A stretch of DNA of 64,000 bases from a bacterium (GTDB taxonomy: Bacteria > Patescibacteriota > Minisyncoccia > Phycocordibacterales > UBA2100), in the NCBI GenBank assembly GCA_016789445.1, contig JAEUQT010000001.1, positions 195,603-259,602 on the forward strand, given 5' to 3'. Position numbers and translations under genes: made by a program. The notes beneath the pieces were generated by a model. It saw nothing but the letters and a program-made list of their open reading frames with translations. It had not been told where the DNA came from and did no database searches. This document shows positions 60,897 through 64,000 of the stretch, piece after piece. Position 1 is the first letter of the stretch, and every line of letters starts with the position of its first letter.

Positions 60897-62660
60897 TCAA
60901 TTATTGAGGATGACCGACGTGCGTGAGGTGCCTGAAACATTGATGGTACTCGTCGCATTGAAGATCTGGTATCCGCTCGCGGAAACCTGTAACGAATACC
61001 GGCTTGTGCCGGTTCCGGCGGCGATGCCGCTGAAGTACGAGTTGCCACAACCGTCGCTCGCGATCGTCGTGTTGTACGCCGGCGTCGTGCGGTACAACCG
61101 CACGTTCGCGTTCTTGATGGGTGTGCCCGATGCATTCTTCACATCCACAAGCAGCGAGTTCGTGGTGAACGGCGCGACGAAGACACGCGTCGTCTGCGAC
61201 GAGTTCGGTGAAAGGGTTTCCGGCTGCGGATTACATACCGACTGGATCGCATACGTCGTCGATGCCGCGAGGCCTATCGTGTAACTATCCCATTCGATCC
61301 CGCTGAGCGTGACACTGCCGCTCGATCCGCTATTGATCGATGAGTTCTGATATTTGTACACCTGCGCCCCGCCGACCGTCGTGCCGATCGTCTTTGCGCC
61401 CGTCATCGTGAGTCCGATGTTCGGAAGCGAACGCGGTCCGGTATCTGCCGAGATGGAATACGCATCAACCGAAGGAGTGTTCGATGCGTTCGAAGTAGAA
61501 AGCGTCGCGCCGATGACCAGTGATGGATACGTCGATGTTGAAACATTCGCGAGACTGACCGGAGAAACCGTAAGACCCGCACTGTTCCCCGGAATCTGCG
61601 AATCAGGAATCAGATTCGTGCCGGATGAGTCATACACACGAAACGCGATGCTCGTACCTGATGGCGTGCTCGTCGCCCACGTGAGACGTTTCCATGCGAC
61701 AAGGGACGATGTTGAGAAACTCGTCGTAAGGAAACTTCCCGGAGATGTAAAACCATTTTCACCAACAGTCAGTCGCACCGCTCCGCCGGACACCGTGACA
61801 CCCGACGAAGATCCGATACCGCTCGCATCATTGAAGCTCTCCGTCGTTGTACCCGTCGAAACCGGCGAATAGGTCTCGATGGTTTTGTCGGAGAGGACAT
61901 CGATCGCGAAGGTTGCGGCGGTCGTCTGGTTGAGTGCGACACCGAGATGTGCGGGAATCGGATTCGTGTTTGTTGCCGATGAACCGTAGGTCTGTGCCGT
62001 TGAGTATCCGCTCTTCGTTGTCGTGACACGATACCCCGATCCTGATGGCACACCGAGAATGACGGCGGTTCCCGCTGCATCGGTGTACGTCGTGAGATCG
62101 ACCGACGGAGAAACACCGGCATTCACCACGCGTATCTGTGCGTTCGAAACCGGAACGAGTCGCGAGTCGACGACGTTGAACGAGAGCGTGCCGCCCGGCA
62201 CTGATGTTTCGACACCCGGCGGGGAGATGCGTGAGATGAGCGTGATCGTGTGTGTGCCGTCGCGCACCACCCACGAAACCGTGACCTTCGCGGCCTTGTA
62301 ATCGGTGCGCACGCCGTTCGTGTCCGCCGCCCCGCTACCATCTGCCGGATCATCTTCCCAAGAGATAAAGGTGCGACGTGTGTACGAGACATCATTCAGA
62401 TTCACCGTCTCGCTCTGTGCGATGTTTCCCGAAGGAATACCGCCCGTTGTTCCGACCGACGCGTACGGAAGACTACGAATGAATTCCAACCGCTCGTTCG
62501 CGAGTGCGATCGCACCTGCACGGGCCTTGTTGTTCGAGACCGCCATCACCGTCAGTCGAAACGCGCCGACGATACCGACGAACACGACGAGCATGAGTGC
62601 GGTCCCGACGACCGCATCAAGCAAAGTAGAACCTCGTTCCCCTCGAGGGCACTGCATCAA
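60897..62660 (-). CDS. large pilin-like protein with prepilin-type N-terminus (minor pilin/tip-like)
   Basis: ERG|STLLDAVVGTALMLVVFVGIVGAF N-terminus. 587 aa with Thr/Ser/Gly-rich beta-like repeats. Confidence 0.5.
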   Translation of the reverse strand: MMQCPRGERGSTLLDAVVGTALMLVVFVGIVGAFRLTVMAVSNNKARAGAIALANERLEFIRSLPYASVGTTGGIPSGNIAQSETVNLNDVSYTRRTFISWEDDPADGSGAADTNGVRTDYKAAKVTVSWVVRDGTHTITLISRISPPGVETSVPGGTLSFNVVDSRLVPVSNAQIRVVNAGVSPSVDLTTYTDAAGTAVILGVPSGSGYRVTTTKSGYSTAQTYGSSATNTNPIPAHLGVALNQTTAATFAIDVLSDKTIETYSPVSTGTTTESFNDASGIGSSSGVTVSGGAVRLTVGENGFTSPGSFLTTSFSTSSLVAWKRLTWATSTPSGTSIAFRVYDSSGTNLIPDSQIPGNSAGLTVSPVSLANVSTSTYPSLVIGATLSTSNASNTPSVDAYSISADTGPRSLPNIGLTMTGAKTIGTTVGGAQVYKYQNSSINSGSSGSVTLSGIEWDSYTIGLAASTTYAIQSVCNPQPETLSPNSSQTTRVFVAPFTTNSLLVDVKNASGTPIKNANVRLYRTTPAYNTTIASDGCGNSYFSGIAAGTGTSRYSLQVSASGYQIFNATSTINVSGTSRTSVILNN

Positions 62661-62708
62661 ACTATTGTAACGCGATGTCGTGTAACTTCGCCCGAGTATT
62701 CAACAAAC

Positions 62709-63926
62709 CTAGATGTTCTCCGAAAGCTGGTAGATCGGTGAGATCATTGCCACCGCAAAGAAACCGACGGCACCGCCGATCGCGACCATGAGGAACGGTT
62801 CGATGATGGTCGACATGTCTTTCGTCTTTCGATCGACTTCGTCTTCGTAAAAAATCGCGAGCTTCTTCATCATTTCGGTCAATGCGCCGGTCTCTTCACC
62901 GACTGACATCATCTCGCCGACGAATGCTGGATACAGATGCTCCGCACGCACGAACGCAGCGGAGAGCGGTTCACCCTTTCCCACATTCTCCTTCGCCTGC
63001 ACGATCACCTGCTTGAAGTACGAGTTCTGCACGACGTCCGCGACGATATCAAGCGCGGTTATCACATCAACACCCGCCGAAAGAAGCGATGCGAGCGTGC
63101 GCGACGTGCGTGCCGCATTCACTTCTTTGACGATAGGACCGATGAGCGGGATGTGGAGGAAGACGAAATCCTTGATACGCGAACCGAGCTCGGTGCGCAG
63201 GAATCCATAGAGGCCACCGAAGAGGATGACGACGAGCGAGCCCGCAACGATGGTGTACTTCACCAAGAAGTTCGAGACCGCGATGATCGCCTGCGTTGAT
63301 GCGGGCAATTCTGCATCCATTTCTTCGAACGTCTGCGCCAGTGTCGGCACGACGTTGATCATCATGAATACGCCGATGCCGATGATCGCAATAACGATGA
63401 TGGCCGGATACAAAAGTGCGCCGCGGATCTTCTTCTTCAAAACGTACATGCGCTCCATCTGATCCGAGACGACGCCGAGAGCGGACGAAAGCTGACCACC
63501 CTCTTCGCCCGCACGCGTCATCGCGACGAAAAGCTTGGGGAAGACGTGCGGGAATTTCGCGAGCGCACTGTGGAGCGTCTCACCGCGGCGCACCGCGCTC
63601 GAAAGCTCGGATACTACGCTCACCAATCGAGCGTTCTTGGTCTGGCGTTCGATGACCGCAAGTGCACGTGCCAGAGAAAGCCCTGCACCGAGCATCGCTC
63701 CCAAGTTGCGCGCGAAGAGGATCTTCTCGTATTCAGGAACCGTGGAGATCTTCGAGTTCCAGTACTGCAGACTGAAGTAGCTTTGGCTGTTATCCTCGGC
63801 GACGGAGATGATGCGTCCGCCTTCGCGACGGACTATCTCATACAACTCGAAACGGTCGCGCGCACTTGCGACACCTTTGTACACTTCCCCGCCCGCCTTC
63901 TCGGCGGTGTACGAAAAACGAGCCAT
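62709..63926 (-). CDS. pilC: type IV pilus assembly platform protein PilC (GspF family)
   Basis: 405 aa; two T2SSF repeats (ALLYPAIIVIAIIGIGVFMMINVVP ... ; TIIEPFLMVAIGGAVGFFAVAMISPIYQL) with 3 TM segments. Confidence 0.9.
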   Translation of the reverse strand: MARFSYTAEKAGGEVYKGVASARDRFELYEIVRREGGRIISVAEDNSQSYFSLQYWNSKISTVPEYEKILFARNLGAMLGAGLSLARALAVIERQTKNARLVSVVSELSSAVRRGETLHSALAKFPHVFPKLFVAMTRAGEEGGQLSSALGVVSDQMERMYVLKKKIRGALLYPAIIVIAIIGIGVFMMINVVPTLAQTFEEMDAELPASTQAIIAVSNFLVKYTIVAGSLVVILFGGLYGFLRTELGSRIKDFVFLHIPLIGPIVKEVNAARTSRTLASLLSAGVDVITALDIVADVVQNSYFKQVIVQAKENVGKGEPLSAAFVRAEHLYPAFVGEMMSVGEETGALTEMMKKLAIFYEDEVDRKTKDMSTIIEPFLMVAIGGAVGFFAVAMISPIYQLSENI

Positions 63927-64000
63927 TCATACAATTATATAGTGTCGGAACACGCAGCTTGCGAATATGCTGGGAACAGCTAGGATACGGCCAGTTTCAA

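Overview
This is a high-GC (~58-60%) bacterial window dominated by the ribosomal-protein super-operon on the minus strand. The str block runs rpsL-rpsG-[ung]-fusA, with tuf displaced downstream. The S10 block runs rpsJ-rplC-D-W-B-rpsS-rplV-rpsC-rplP-rpmC-rpsQ. The spc block runs rplN-X-E ... rpsZ-rpsH-rplF-R-rpsE-rplO-secY, followed by gmk-adk-map, and infC-rpmI-rplT lie on the plus strand. rpmD (L30) is absent between rpsE and rplO, and S14 is the Zn-ribbon type. Several ribosomal proteins carry extensions. Alongside these sit an archaeal-type PurO, a type IV pilus locus (pilC plus pilin-like genes), a split ComEC, and many small secreted or Cys-rich surface proteins. Together this suggests a Patescibacteria/CPR (Parcubacteria-like) genome, although no rRNA is present to confirm it. 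The conserved ribosomal cluster is interrupted at least five times by accessory genes. The most unusual element is a duplicated two-gene module: an ~80-aa protein whose stop overlaps (ATGA) the start of a retropepsin-like aspartic protease of 123-132 aa. One copy sits between secY and gmk and the other between rplE and rpsZ. Both copies have strong Shine-Dalgarno sites, whereas most housekeeping genes here have no SD or appear leaderless. Other notable loci are an E1-like (ThiF) / E2-like (HPN-type) dyad and a five-gene surface-protein operon inserted between fusA and tuf (GW-repeat protein, peptidase-S74 chaperone-domain protein, two Gly-rich paralogs). There are also three tandem PG-binding/PKD paralogs, candidate small RNAs or structured leaders, and a recurrent hairpin-plus-U-tract placed immediately upstream of several start codons. 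No rRNA, tRNA, CRISPR array or transposase was recognised.
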